DNA from: a virus
Virus record (IMG/VR): IMGVR_UViG_3300030107_006047
Span: 8,061-72,060 of that record
Length of the DNA: 64,000 nt
Strand: one strand, 5' to 3'
How positions within the stretch are numbered: position 1 is the stretch's first letter; each line of letters starts with the position of its first letter. A program made the position numbers and the translations under genes. Below, in pieces: positions 10,201-21,000 of this stretch. The notes under the pieces were generated by a model that saw only the letters and a list, made by a program, of their open reading frames with translations, was not told the DNA's origin and did not search any database.

Positions 10201-10482
10201 ATGGGACTTCTCAGTAAAAAACGATTGAACAACATCCGCAAATTTTGGAACAGCAACTACAGAGGACAGAGCCTTGTTCCTCAACTTTTGAACCATATCG
10301 ACGCGCTCGAGAAGCAGTTGAAAGACGGTGAGATTAAGGTTCGAGTTGGAGCAATCGAGGCAACTATCGATGCTGGTCCAGACGGTAAGTTCGGAACAAA
10401 GGACGATGAAGTTAAACTCAAGCGTGCCCCCCGAAAGAAGAAGCCAGCAGCTAAGAAGAAGCCAGCAGCTAAGAAGAAGTGA
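10201..10482 (+). CDS. Small basic protein with AGPDGKFGTKDD loop and KKKPAA tail
   Basis: 93 aa ORF filling an operon gap; 18-bp tandem repeat encodes KKKPAAKKKPAAKKK. Confidence 0.7.
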   Translation: MGLLSKKRLNNIRKFWNSNYRGQSLVPQLLNHIDALEKQLKDGEIKVRVGAIEATIDAGPDGKFGTKDDEVKLKRAPRKKKPAAKKKPAAKKK

Positions 10483-10485
10483 TCT

Positions 10486-10887
10486 ATGGCTAAAGAAGCG
10501 CCAGAAATAGAGAGAGGTAAAGCAACAGCCGCAGGGGCCACTATAGGTGCGCTGGAGGGGATTGGTCCAGCAGCCTCAACGCTTGCTGCTACTACAGCGG
10601 CCCTTCCTATACCTGGAGCCCGAATCGCAGCTGGCATGGTGCTCGTTGGCGCTGCTATCAAGGGCGGGATTGAAGGTTATCAGGATGCAGAGTCAAGGCG
10701 CTTGGCGAAGATTAGAACAAGCGCGATCAAAGAAGACAACCAAGCTCTAAAAGCAGCAAAGTCTGCGTCCGCTAAGAGGTCTGGCGGAGAACCGAAACCA
10801 ATTAAGTCCTCGGACGATCAGTTGTTGATGGAGTCGATTGGCGGAAACACGGCCTATGACGCCCACCAAAAGCAAGTGTACGGGTAG
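10486..10887 (+). CDS. Putative small ejection/pilot protein
   Basis: Gly/Ala-rich hydrophobic N-half followed by helical tail; first of the internal virion cluster. Confidence 0.55.
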   Translation: MAKEAPEIERGKATAAGATIGALEGIGPAASTLAATTAALPIPGARIAAGMVLVGAAIKGGIEGYQDAESRRLAKIRTSAIKEDNQALKAAKSASAKRSGGEPKPIKSSDDQLLMESIGGNTAYDAHQKQVYG

Positions 10888-10895
10888 GAAGAAAA

Positions 10896-13397
10896 ATGGC
10901 TAGAAGAAACAGAAATAATGAGCTTACTATCTCCACTTTGGATGAAGATGACGACGACATCCTTGGGTCGCTCTACGACGATGATGATTACTCTAGCTCA
11001 GCCTACGCCAAGATCCTTGCCTCAAGGGATCCAACGATTGCGGCAGCGCAAGAACTGCAAGAGGCTAAGAAGAAGAAAGAGGTTGGCCGAACAACTGCCG
11101 TCCTTTCGGGGGTTGACGCCCTTGCGAAAGGTCTAAGCTTAGCCTTTAGCCCTAAGGCAACATATGCGCGTCAACGAAGAAGAGAGATCCTACAAGGAGA
11201 GGACACAACCTTCGAAAAAACATTCCGCCAAATGCAGCCAGCCCTTTCAGCATCCGATGCTGCCATCGAAGCCAAGCGTGGGCAGACGGAAGCGGCAGGA
11301 GGAGAGGGTGGAAGCCGAAACCTGAAACGACGGGTCATGCTTGACAGGGAAGCCGATAGGCGCTCACAAGCCTCAAGGGCAGAAGCGGCTAAGATCGCAA
11401 GCGAAGCATCCGAAAGAGCAAAGGCTGCAGCCCAGAAAGAACTCGCTTCTATTGCTGCCTTCTTTGGTGACAGTTGGGGCTTGTTCCTTGATGGCCTAAT
11501 GAAGTCTGGGGCCCAAATTATGTCGGCGGTTGGTGCGCAAAAGGCTTACCAAAGAACACAGGATCTGCCAGCTTTTCAGGCCCAAATGAAAGAAGCGTTT
11601 GGTGGCGAGATGTCTGAATCAGAACTTGCGTCACTTACTCGGGTCATGTCTGGAATGAGCCAGGATGAGGTTGATAAACTCGAATCCAGGTTGAAGGAAA
11701 GCGGCTTCGCTAACTATGAGCCGCCAGCCCCCGCTGCTGATGCTGCCCCCGCTGAGACTCCTGCTGAGACTCCTACTGGGACTTCTGCTGAGGAGGCTGC
11801 CCCTGCTGAGGAGGCTGCCCCTGCTGAGGAGGCTGCCCCTGCTGAGGAGGCTGCCCCTGCTGGGCCAAAAGGGGCTCCAGCCAACACGATGGCACAATAC
11901 CTCCCTAGCCGAACCGAGGGCAATGCGTTCCGAGCTTGGTTTAGGGAGAACCACCCAGATAAAGCGGACGAAATCGACCTGTCCAATACAGGCAGACATA
12001 ACAACAGCTACATAAGAAAAGCCTGGGAATACGCGGGTCAGGATTACTTAGATCAACTGGAAGCTAAAACCCCTGCCGTCACTGAGGGCGGAACTGAAAC
12101 CCCTGCCGTCACTGAGGGCGGAACTGAAACCCCTGCCGTCACTGAGGGCGGAACTGGCGAAGGGGCCCCCGCAGGGGAAGCCGCTTTAGAGGTGTCTCCA
12201 CAAGACGCGAACTCGCAAGAAGGCGCAGCGGTTATCGAGGCCGTCCAAAACGTTACCGAGGAGGAGGCTAAAGCAGCCAGGGATCTTCTCGACCAGCGAC
12301 AAAGGGACTTGTCTGGAACCCCCGTTGAGGGTGAAGAGGATGGTGGGTTTTTACGCAATGTCTCTGACAGGTTCTCTCAATGGAGAGAAGAAAGGCGTGC
12401 TCGTCGCGAGCGCTCAGATAGAGCTAATGAGCTTCTTGATAAAGCAGAAAAAGAAGAGGCTCAATTAGAGCGCTACATGGACTCACAAGAAATGTCGGAA
12501 GATGAAAAGGAAAGCTTCCGAGAGTTTATGACCAGGCACCTACCCGATGATGACCCAAGAAAATATCGCAGAGAAGCTTCCGAAGAGCCGCCTGCTGAAG
12601 AGCCGCCTGCTGAAGACGCATTTGCTGGATTTCTGGGTGCCCACAAGACAGATACTACTGATTGGACGGGACGCCCTCTTACCAGGGAAGAGATTGCGCT
12701 CAAACAATTGGAGGCTTTTAGGAGGGGTACACCCACCCCGGAAGAGTTCCATGCAGACTGGGGCACTACTGACTACGACGATCTTGATGTTGAGCAGCCG
12801 CTCACCCAGGAACAAATAAAAGCGAAGCAGCTTGATGCGGCCATGAGGGGCAGCCGTGAGCGAGATCCTGATACCATAGATGCCGCTGAGCCCTCTTGGG
12901 CAAAGACGGACTACGAAGAACTTGATGTCGAACAGGGAACAGCGCCTCCTGGTCCTGACAACAAGATTCTTTCAAGCCAGATTCCAAACCCAGAAGCCGC
13001 CTATGAGTACTTCAAGACTGGTGCCATCGAAGAGGAAAGCCCGGCGAGGTATCTTGATGCCCTTCGGATGGCCGGAATGGCTGCCGTGAGGCAGGGTGAC
13101 ATCGATACACACGGTCGAATCTTAGATGAGATTGCTCGAATCGAGACCCCAGACCCAGCAAATCCGTGGCCTGCAAGTGAGATTCAAGAGCAGGGACAGG
13201 CTTACCAGTTCTACCGTGCTGGAGCTATCGCGAAGGACAGCCTTCCAAGGTATTTGGGAGTGCTTCAGTTGGCGGCAATGGAGTCCATGAAAGAGGACGA
13301 CCTTGATACTCAAATGCGTATTTACGATGAGATTGATAACGTTCAGGCTCAAATCCAGATGATTCAATCCATCATTCCAAGAATGCCGAGGCCGTAA
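10896..13397 (+). CDS. Putative internal virion/ejection protein with tandem repeats
   Basis: 833 aa, acidic and helical; EEAAPA x4, TPAVTEGGT x3, duplicated C-terminal helical unit. Confidence 0.65.
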   Translation: MARRNRNNELTISTLDEDDDDILGSLYDDDDYSSSAYAKILASRDPTIAAAQELQEAKKKKEVGRTTAVLSGVDALAKGLSLAFSPKATYARQRRREILQGEDTTFEKTFRQMQPALSASDAAIEAKRGQTEAAGGEGGSRNLKRRVMLDREADRRSQASRAEAAKIASEASERAKAAAQKELASIAAFFGDSWGLFLDGLMKSGAQIMSAVGAQKAYQRTQDLPAFQAQMKEAFGGEMSESELASLTRVMSGMSQDEVDKLESRLKESGFANYEPPAPAADAAPAETPAETPTGTSAEEAAPAEEAAPAEEAAPAEEAAPAGPKGAPANTMAQYLPSRTEGNAFRAWFRENHPDKADEIDLSNTGRHNNSYIRKAWEYAGQDYLDQLEAKTPAVTEGGTETPAVTEGGTETPAVTEGGTGEGAPAGEAALEVSPQDANSQEGAAVIEAVQNVTEEEAKAARDLLDQRQRDLSGTPVEGEEDGGFLRNVSDRFSQWREERRARRERSDRANELLDKAEKEEAQLERYMDSQEMSEDEKESFREFMTRHLPDDDPRKYRREASEEPPAEEPPAEDAFAGFLGAHKTDTTDWTGRPLTREEIALKQLEAFRRGTPTPEEFHADWGTTDYDDLDVEQPLTQEQIKAKQLDAAMRGSRERDPDTIDAAEPSWAKTDYEELDVEQGTAPPGPDNKILSSQIPNPEAAYEYFKTGAIEEESPARYLDALRMAGMAAVRQGDIDTHGRILDEIARIETPDPANPWPASEIQEQGQAYQFYRAGAIAKDSLPRYLGVLQLAAMESMKEDDLDTQMRIYDEIDNVQAQIQMIQSIIPRMPRP
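11789..11860 (+). repeat. 18-bp coding tandem repeat x4
   Basis: GAGGAGGCTGCCCCTGCT x4 (EEAAPA). Confidence 0.9.
12068..12156 (+). repeat. 30-bp coding tandem repeat x3
   Basis: ACCCCTGCCGTCACTGAGGGCGGAACT(GAA) x3. Confidence 0.9.
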
Positions 13398-14107
13398 TGC
13401 CTCGCATTGGAAGCACACGAAGGCGGAGGGTTCAAGACTACTCTTTAGACCAATTGTCTGACGAGATTCGTGATCGTGTTCTCACATCTGACTCTGTACG
13501 CGCTGAACATATTGAGGTTGGCAGTCTTCGTGGTCAGTTGCCTGGTTCGTCGATTTCGTCTTTAAGTGGAGAAAAGATTACGCCGGAGTCTATTTCAGAG
13601 TCGAGGCTTTCTCAGCTTCTTCAAGACAAGATCAACTTGGCAAAGGATCTGGCTACACAAGCTATTGGCTTGGCGTCCTTCAAGTTTCAGCAGCAAATCG
13701 ATGACCTTGAGGGCGCTCTTGCCGCACGCATTGAACGCGCCGCTGCTCTTGCTTCCAGCGCCATTCAGCCGGGCGCTCGTGCTTTTTTGCATTCCTTGAA
13801 AGCAAATACCGCACAGTTTGGCTTCACCGTTATTGCTGCGGATACAACCATCACCTCAACCCAGGCGACTTTCTACAATGTCTCAACCGGCGGCGGCGAT
13901 GTAACGATCACCCTTCCGAGCGCTACGACGTGCCAAGGCTTGATGTTAGGGTTCAATAAAACCTTGTCCGCAAACAGTATGATTCTCGATGGGGCGGCCT
14001 CTCAAACCATAAACGGAAGCACCACAAAGTCATACGGATCTCAATATGACGCGGTTGTAATCATATCAAACGGTAGCAACTGGAATATCATATCAAACAG
14101 ATCTTGA
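13397..14107 (+). CDS. Fibre/spike-like structural protein (coiled coil plus C-terminal beta domain)
   Basis: C-terminal VTITLPSA...QTING...SQYDAVVIISNGSNWNI motif common in phage fibre proteins. Confidence 0.6.
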   Translation: MPRIGSTRRRRVQDYSLDQLSDEIRDRVLTSDSVRAEHIEVGSLRGQLPGSSISSLSGEKITPESISESRLSQLLQDKINLAKDLATQAIGLASFKFQQQIDDLEGALAARIERAAALASSAIQPGARAFLHSLKANTAQFGFTVIAADTTITSTQATFYNVSTGGGDVTITLPSATTCQGLMLGFNKTLSANSMILDGAASQTINGSTTKSYGSQYDAVVIISNGSNWNIISNRS

Positions 14108-14156
14108 TGAGACATTACGGCTCTCGTCTTATAGAATCAGACTGAACGAGGTTTCT

Positions 14157-16037
14157 ATGTCCTACGGTGTCTCGCCACTCTTTAGTCCAATTTACTTCCC
14201 CCAAGCTAGCCTGGCTTCTACATACATGGCCTCGTATTGGAAGGAAGCCCAAGAACAATACCGTGAAGAAAGGAAGGCGTTGCTCCGTGCCTTGGACACA
14301 AGAAGTCTTCGGATTGTTGCCGCTAAGGCTCAAGAGTCGCTGGATGAAACCCTTCGGTTTATGACCGAGCTTCAGCAAAAACAGGTAGAAGAAAGAGGGT
14401 TGGTCACCAGAACTTGGCTGGATCAGAATGCTCAAAACATTCGAAACTATCAAGACGCACAAGCCTCGATTTCACAATCTCGGATTACACAGGTTGGGGG
14501 GATTGAAAAGCAAAGGCTTACTTCTCAAAGAGAGCTTCGAAGAGCTACGCAGCTTAGTGTCGAAGCAGAGACAGCTATAGCCCAAAATATTGCCAAGACG
14601 ACGCCCCACAGGGGCCTTAGCAGACAGGGTTGGAGCGACCTGTGGGTAGATGAAGACAGGACACCTAGTCAAATGCCAGCGAAATGGACCGAGCAGGGCC
14701 TCAAATATGAAGCCTATTTGGCAGACATTGAGAACAAAGAGCGAACATCCGATCCCGTAAGAGAGCAGTATTTGGCTGTTCGTCTCTGGGAAGAGGCTGT
14801 GGAGAAAGGCGATCTCGCTGGGGCCTCTCGGGTTGCCGCGCTTGCGACTGGGCGAACAGTTGAAAACATTCCGGTTCTAAGGAATGGACAGGTTTACCTT
14901 CGAACAGATCTTAGGCGATGGTTTACTGATTTGTATGGCCCGATAACTACGGCAGACACGGCGGCGTCGAGAAGGGTTATTTCAAGAACAGGCGGTGTAA
15001 GTCGTGCCGATATGCCAGGTTTAGATGAAGTAATGACTATGTCTGGCCTGGACAAAAACGTTGATTTGTCCCAGTACCGAACCAGAGCTGACGAGCTTAG
15101 GGAGCTAATCAGGGGCTACCAGCGGGACATAAAGGGGCAAGAGCAGGCCGCAATGATGGTTGTTTCTGGCACTGCCGGATTGAGTCCCTGGACATCGGGC
15201 CCAAAGTCAATGGTCCCGGCTACGCGGGTAATCGACACTCTTGGGGGTTTGCTGCGTAATGACCGGCCAACAGCCAAAAGAGTTCTGGACGAGGTAACTC
15301 GCGGTAACTTTGACGTTAACGTGCCTCTTGCTACATTTACTACTTGGGCAGAAGATGCGATTCAAGCCAGGGTTTCTGGTACTGGAACCGCAAAACAGGG
15401 TCGTCTGGGAAACAACGTTTTAGATTACCTGTCCGCTGAGCTTTCAGCTATTGCTCAAGAGGCGAAGAGGGCGGCTGACGTTCAGCAGGTTGAAAATGTA
15501 CGAAAAAGGTTTTTGAGTCTCGGAGAGTCTATCAACAGCCCCCTTGTCCAGGGCCAGCTTGTTGGAATTCAAACAGCAAAGGGGAGAAGCCTTAGTGATG
15601 TTTTCAGCGGAATCGAATCAAGCATAGGTGTTCAAGGAATGGATGTGGCTCAAAACATCCGAATCGGCGCAAACGGAATGAGCCGCCTAATATCTAAATC
15701 CCAAACATCAATGCCTGAACAGCAGTCCGAGCTTGCCTGGCTTCCCTACCAATACGAAGACAGGCTTTCTTCTATGTCAGACGCAATGGCTTCGGGCGAT
15801 ACTCAGTCTTATGCCCAGCAAGCCGAGCAGTTTAAATTAGATCTTGAGCCGCTGTCTGCGGATCTTGCTGGCGACGCCGGAGTTGCTATTCGAGATCAGA
15901 TCGGTGTTGCAGAACAAAGCGGCGACTACGACACGCTAAACAAACGGATGGAGGAGCTTAGATCTGTTATCCAAGACTGGATCAATGCTGCCGCCCAAGG
16001 CAATGCAGCTCTTACCCTGGAGGGTGACCTTGGCTGA
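14157..16037 (+). CDS. Putative internal virion/ejection protein
   Basis: 626 aa, helical, Q/R/E-rich; GAGG RBS; position before giant protein. Confidence 0.6.
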   Translation: MSYGVSPLFSPIYFPQASLASTYMASYWKEAQEQYREERKALLRALDTRSLRIVAAKAQESLDETLRFMTELQQKQVEERGLVTRTWLDQNAQNIRNYQDAQASISQSRITQVGGIEKQRLTSQRELRRATQLSVEAETAIAQNIAKTTPHRGLSRQGWSDLWVDEDRTPSQMPAKWTEQGLKYEAYLADIENKERTSDPVREQYLAVRLWEEAVEKGDLAGASRVAALATGRTVENIPVLRNGQVYLRTDLRRWFTDLYGPITTADTAASRRVISRTGGVSRADMPGLDEVMTMSGLDKNVDLSQYRTRADELRELIRGYQRDIKGQEQAAMMVVSGTAGLSPWTSGPKSMVPATRVIDTLGGLLRNDRPTAKRVLDEVTRGNFDVNVPLATFTTWAEDAIQARVSGTGTAKQGRLGNNVLDYLSAELSAIAQEAKRAADVQQVENVRKRFLSLGESINSPLVQGQLVGIQTAKGRSLSDVFSGIESSIGVQGMDVAQNIRIGANGMSRLISKSQTSMPEQQSELAWLPYQYEDRLSSMSDAMASGDTQSYAQQAEQFKLDLEPLSADLAGDAGVAIRDQIGVAEQSGDYDTLNKRMEELRSVIQDWINAAAQGNAALTLEGDLG

Positions 16038-18033
16038 TACTGGTTTAGATTTAGACGCTTTAATGGATGCGTTAGACGAGGGCACCCCCCCTATTCCTCC
16101 CGCTGTAGATGTTCAACCTGCTGAGGTAGCTGATGCTAAAGACCCTGTTGAAGAAACTCCTACTGTCCCTGCTCCTGTCCCCGAGGGCGCTCCTTCTGTT
16201 AGTGGTCCTGCAGATGTTCCTTTAGGCACAGAAGTCCCCGCATGGTACACCCCTCCAGCAGGGCCGTTGGGGCCAGAGGTTCCCCCCTGGATGGAAGAGG
16301 AATACGCAGGGGAGGGGCCAGAAGAAGGCTGGGTTCCAAGCAAAGGCGGGTGGTCCGTATACAACGAAAACATCCTAAACAACCCAAATGCTTTGTCGGT
16401 GGTTAAGCAAGACGTTGGTCTTGCCGACTCGCTTCTTTCTGTTCAGACACAGTCTGAAATAGATTCTCTCAAGCCTCTGTTTCAGAGCTTTTATTCTCAG
16501 GTCTACGGCGGCAGTGCCCTGCAAGACTCTGATGGCCAGGCAACCCCAATGGGTTCCTTTCTTAGCTCTTATATGGATTTGCTTTGGGGTAGGGGGCATG
16601 TATATCACCCCGATTGGACCCCAGAGGGACAGACTGTTCAGCAGCCAGTTCCGAGAGGCACTACCGGCAGGACGGGAAAATGGGAAAGGGCTATTCGCCC
16701 ATGGGACTGGTTTGATGCAGAGATTGGCGAGGTTAGTGCAGGGAAAAAGAAAGCACAGGCCGCCGAAATGCTTTCGTATATCAATGACGGAAACATGATG
16801 TCTGCAGGGCATGTGGGTTCAGGCTCTGAAGTCCAGTCTTGGTATAGCGACAAGCAAAGTGATCGTTTTTACACCTTTGCTTTTTGGCTTGAGGAGATGG
16901 ATCGCAGGCTGACACATGACAACAAAACAGCCCTCTCAGAATACGAAGACATCATGAAGATGACAGAGAGGGGTGTAGAGCCTTCTGGGGGAAGGGGTCA
17001 GGTTGATGAGCTTAGAAGTAACTACGAGCGAAACTATGCTGCGCTAAGCTCTTTCAATCTACTTAAAAAAGCCTTTATTAGGTATTTTAAAACCCCTGAA
17101 ACAATCGGTATAAATATTCGTGCGCGTGTTCGTGGGGAGCCGATGGGGCATGATTACGACAGCGCGGACGCTAAAAGTAGTTTTCGAAGCAGTGAAGAGC
17201 CGTCTAACTTTACAGGCGTTCTTGAGGGTGATTCCTATACGCTGTATCCGGTTTTTAAAGCACCTAAAACTCCGGGTCGGTTTCCAAACTACGAGGGCAG
17301 AATTCTGCCAGCCGGTGTGATGTCTGGGGGCGGCGGTCCTGGTGGTCTTTACCTTTCCCGATGGGGTATTGATGGCGCTCCGAAATTCGTTGCCGACCAG
17401 TACATGGAAGGAAGAAAAGCCCAGGTCGGCGCGGCTCTGCAGGACTTTTACGGGGAGCAATCGGGCTTTGACGAGTTCGCAAGAATTAACGAAATCGGCA
17501 ATAAGATAGTAGGCTCTCTTCTCAAGGCGCAGCCCGAGTTTCATGATGTTGCTCTCGATGACTACCGAAGGAGTCTCGGCATTCTGGGAAGCAGCGCCGC
17601 ATTGGGGCACTCGCTTTCCTTTGACCGCCGGGCTCTTGGCAGCGACGGGGAGTTGCGAAGATATGGCGCTTACAGGACTCCAGAGCTTGGAATGTATGGT
17701 GCCGCTGATGCTGAAGATGTAGCCGTTGGCGACTACACATACATTGGTGAACCGTGGGAAGCAGACGTGGATGCGATTCTTCCCGAGATAATGAACTTAA
17801 CCGTTACTGAGGCTACCGTTCTTGTGCGAGGCATTAGGGCTGTTGCTCAGTCTTGGGAAAACCAGGGCGCTAGGCGAAGGTTAAATATTGACGGCCAACC
17901 GAATGCCCAGAAAGAAATCAACAAAATGTTCCAAAATGCTTATCTTTGGGATTCTGCTACACTTACCCACATTGCAGACATTATCGAACTTGAAAGAATG
18001 AATCATGTTCGGTTAGGTCACGTTCAGTATTAG
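16030..18033 (+). CDS. Putative internal virion protein
   Basis: TTG start after GGAGG overlapping previous stop; Pro/acidic N-terminus. Confidence 0.6.
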   Translation: MADTGLDLDALMDALDEGTPPIPPAVDVQPAEVADAKDPVEETPTVPAPVPEGAPSVSGPADVPLGTEVPAWYTPPAGPLGPEVPPWMEEEYAGEGPEEGWVPSKGGWSVYNENILNNPNALSVVKQDVGLADSLLSVQTQSEIDSLKPLFQSFYSQVYGGSALQDSDGQATPMGSFLSSYMDLLWGRGHVYHPDWTPEGQTVQQPVPRGTTGRTGKWERAIRPWDWFDAEIGEVSAGKKKAQAAEMLSYINDGNMMSAGHVGSGSEVQSWYSDKQSDRFYTFAFWLEEMDRRLTHDNKTALSEYEDIMKMTERGVEPSGGRGQVDELRSNYERNYAALSSFNLLKKAFIRYFKTPETIGINIRARVRGEPMGHDYDSADAKSSFRSSEEPSNFTGVLEGDSYTLYPVFKAPKTPGRFPNYEGRILPAGVMSGGGGPGGLYLSRWGIDGAPKFVADQYMEGRKAQVGAALQDFYGEQSGFDEFARINEIGNKIVGSLLKAQPEFHDVALDDYRRSLGILGSSAALGHSLSFDRRALGSDGELRRYGAYRTPELGMYGAADAEDVAVGDYTYIGEPWEADVDAILPEIMNLTVTEATVLVRGIRAVAQSWENQGARRRLNIDGQPNAQKEINKMFQNAYLWDSATLTHIADIIELERMNHVRLGHVQY

Positions 18034-18046
18034 TCTTGGAGAGATA

Positions 18047-21000
18047 GTGTCAAACGGGAACGACGACGACATTCTTCTGGAGGGAATGACTGGGTTTGCT
18101 GAAGAGCCTGTTCTTGGCGGCGGAGTTTACCGTGGAGAGCTTGATCTTACGGGTGAATTAGACACCTCTCCTGCAGAAATGTTCGAGGATGTTGATGTTG
18201 TCGGGTCTATTAGGGACTTTGAAGAAACTTACAGCAAAGCTGCAACACCCGTTACCTATATCGAACAAGAGCAAATAAACGATCAGCTTAGAGAAGCTAT
18301 TGAAATGCAGCTAAGGTCTACCCGGCCTGGGCACGAAGATGACTGGTACAAAGAGCGGGTCGAGAAAAGAATTCATGACCTAAGCTTCGTCCATGCCAAC
18401 TATGCTCCTGATCCTCCTGAGCTTCCAAGTGTTAGCTTTCTAAAGAACCTATACCAACAATACCCAGAGCAACTCAGGTCAACGTATCGACCAGATAGCT
18501 CGGTTGGTCGTGTTGTTTCCGCTATCAGCACCGACAAAACAGATGAACAAATCCAAGAACTGATTGACAAAACAACAGTCAGTGAATGGCCGAGCGAGTT
18601 TACCTGGGGTGGCGGTTTCGTCAACGCTATGCAGAGGGGCCTTAGCCGAAGGGTTATCGAGGTCGAGGCTGGCGCTGATAAGCCTGGAAGCGAGATGCGG
18701 TGGGAGCACGGTCGGAAAGTATCCAGAGAATACGAAGCCATAATGGATGACCAGGGCTGGGGGGCCGGTGTAGCCAGGATGTGGGCAAACGGTCCCAGCA
18801 TGGATGAAAACGACGCCTATCGTGCGGGCCTGTTTCTCGATGAAGACGAGGCAACCGCACGAGAACTGGTTGTTTCGACGGGTCTTGGTATGACTTTTGG
18901 CGCTATGGTTAGGAGCAAGCTTGGGTACTTGCTTCCTAGGGCTGGCGTTTGGGGTAGACGCACTTTTGGCTTGAGGGGTGCCGTAAAAGGGGCGACAGCA
19001 GGATCTTCGGGCGGCCCTATCGGAATGACTATTGGCGCTGTTATTGGCGGTTTTGTTGGATACGGCGCTGGAAAGGTCTGGGGAAAAGTGGACGCTGAAG
19101 AGTTCTTCAAGCCCGTTCCTGCTTTCCCTCAAGACGAAGATGATGACGGGTGGTTCTTTGCCCTTCCAAAAGGCCTGGTAGATCTGTCTACAAGAACTCT
19201 TGTATTGACCGGCTTGGCGGACTCCGCTGTTGTTCCGATTATGGCCTCCAGCAATGAAGAGGCAGATCGCATGAGAGACATTATCGCGATGTCTCGGCCA
19301 AGCGAAGCATGGGAGTCTCTTGTTCATGAATATCGAACAGCCCGCGACTCTGGAAGGACAAGCGAGGAGCTAAGAGAAGAACTTAGGCCCCTCATGGGCG
19401 GCATGGTTAGAAACGTTGCGTGGGCCGATCTTCCCGACGCCGCACGCCATGCTGATAACCTCGACTTAGAAACCGCGATTGAATATGCGACAGCCAACAA
19501 AGACGTTGGAGATATCAACGCTCCTAAGTTTACCTTTCAATACTTTGTTGGTTTAGCTAATGAAGGAAATACCGGCAAAAAGGGTCTTCAAAGGGTCCTC
19601 CACAGCCTTCCTATTGGTCAGATTCTAAACCATGTCCCGCAGATTATTGTTGGTGACGAAAGCCGTCCTGGTTCGATTCCTTCCGTTGATACCTTCATTG
19701 ACGGCGTCATGGTTGCGGCAAGAGACACTGAAGAAGCTTACGCGCTGACCGGAACGGACACAACTCGGGATCTTGCTACCGGCTTCGCCGAGTTGATGCT
19801 TGAAAGAAGAGAAGTGGGCGGCACGACTCGCTATGTGGAGAATACTCCTGGTAAGCTCTTTCGAGTTCTGTCTTCAGTCCCCGAGCTGTACATGGAGATG
19901 CGGCTTCCGTTCGACATCCCGCTAACGCCCGCGTCTCGTGACGCAAGGTACAACCTTGGTATTCGAGATCCTGATGTCGGATATTGGGCCAATTTCTTTT
20001 CTAATGTTGAGACGGGGGAGATGGGGCTTGCTCGCCATGTGACCGACGAGATGATTTCTCGTGGTGTTGACAGGCAGTCTTGGCAATACAGGGGAATCGC
20101 TACCGGCGGTGTAATGGCCGACTGGCTGGTGTACTGGGAGCGCCCAATTATTTCTGGAATCGGGATGCCCACAAGGGCTGGATTGCGAGGGTATGGCGCT
20201 TGGAAGCAATACAAAGACAATCCTCTACGATTGCAAGCAGTTACCGCCGCCCTTTCTCCGAGGCTTTACGCCTTTAGGAACAAAGTAGATGTTCAAAACA
20301 CTCAAGCCTGGGCTAATGTTTCCCGGTTTCTTGGTGAGGACACGGGGCTCGAGGGCTTGCAGACCCTCAAGGGAGGGAAGGCTTCAGACGGCTCTGACGT
20401 TGTTCTTGGAGTTAGGGAATCCGGCATTGTAGACAGAATGATTGAGGCGATGGAGCAGGGAAAAAGCTTCGAAGACGCAGAGGCTTCTCTCCCCACCTAC
20501 AGAGACCATGATTGGTATACAGTCCAAAGCCACTTGTTATCTGAAGGAGTGAAGAACGGAGTCATAAAGGGCGACGATGTCTGGGCTGTGGTTCCAAAGC
20601 CGATGAGAAGCCAAGTGATTCAGGTCATGGCTGCGGCTGGTATTGAGCCGTCTTCTGCCATTAGGGCTCTGAACCAGTACATCCTTAAGGCGAGAAAGAT
20701 CAACCTTCATGCCATGGAGAAGCTCCTGACCGAAGGCACTCCAGAGATGATTGCTTTTCGGGGTAGCGATCAGTACAAGAACTTAAGGAATGTCTTGCTT
20801 GAAGCCGTTGGTAGCGCTGGCGGAGCAACAGACCATGTAAATATCTCTATGCCAAAGCTCGAGCTTCAGGCTTGGATTGCGGCCCTTGATCCTCAAAGAC
20901 CCAACATTAAGTCGATGGAGGACTATTTCGATGCTTTGCGTATTGAATTAGAAGGAGCCGGAGGCCCTCCCCCGACTAAAGGTCCCAAAGATCCACCAGT

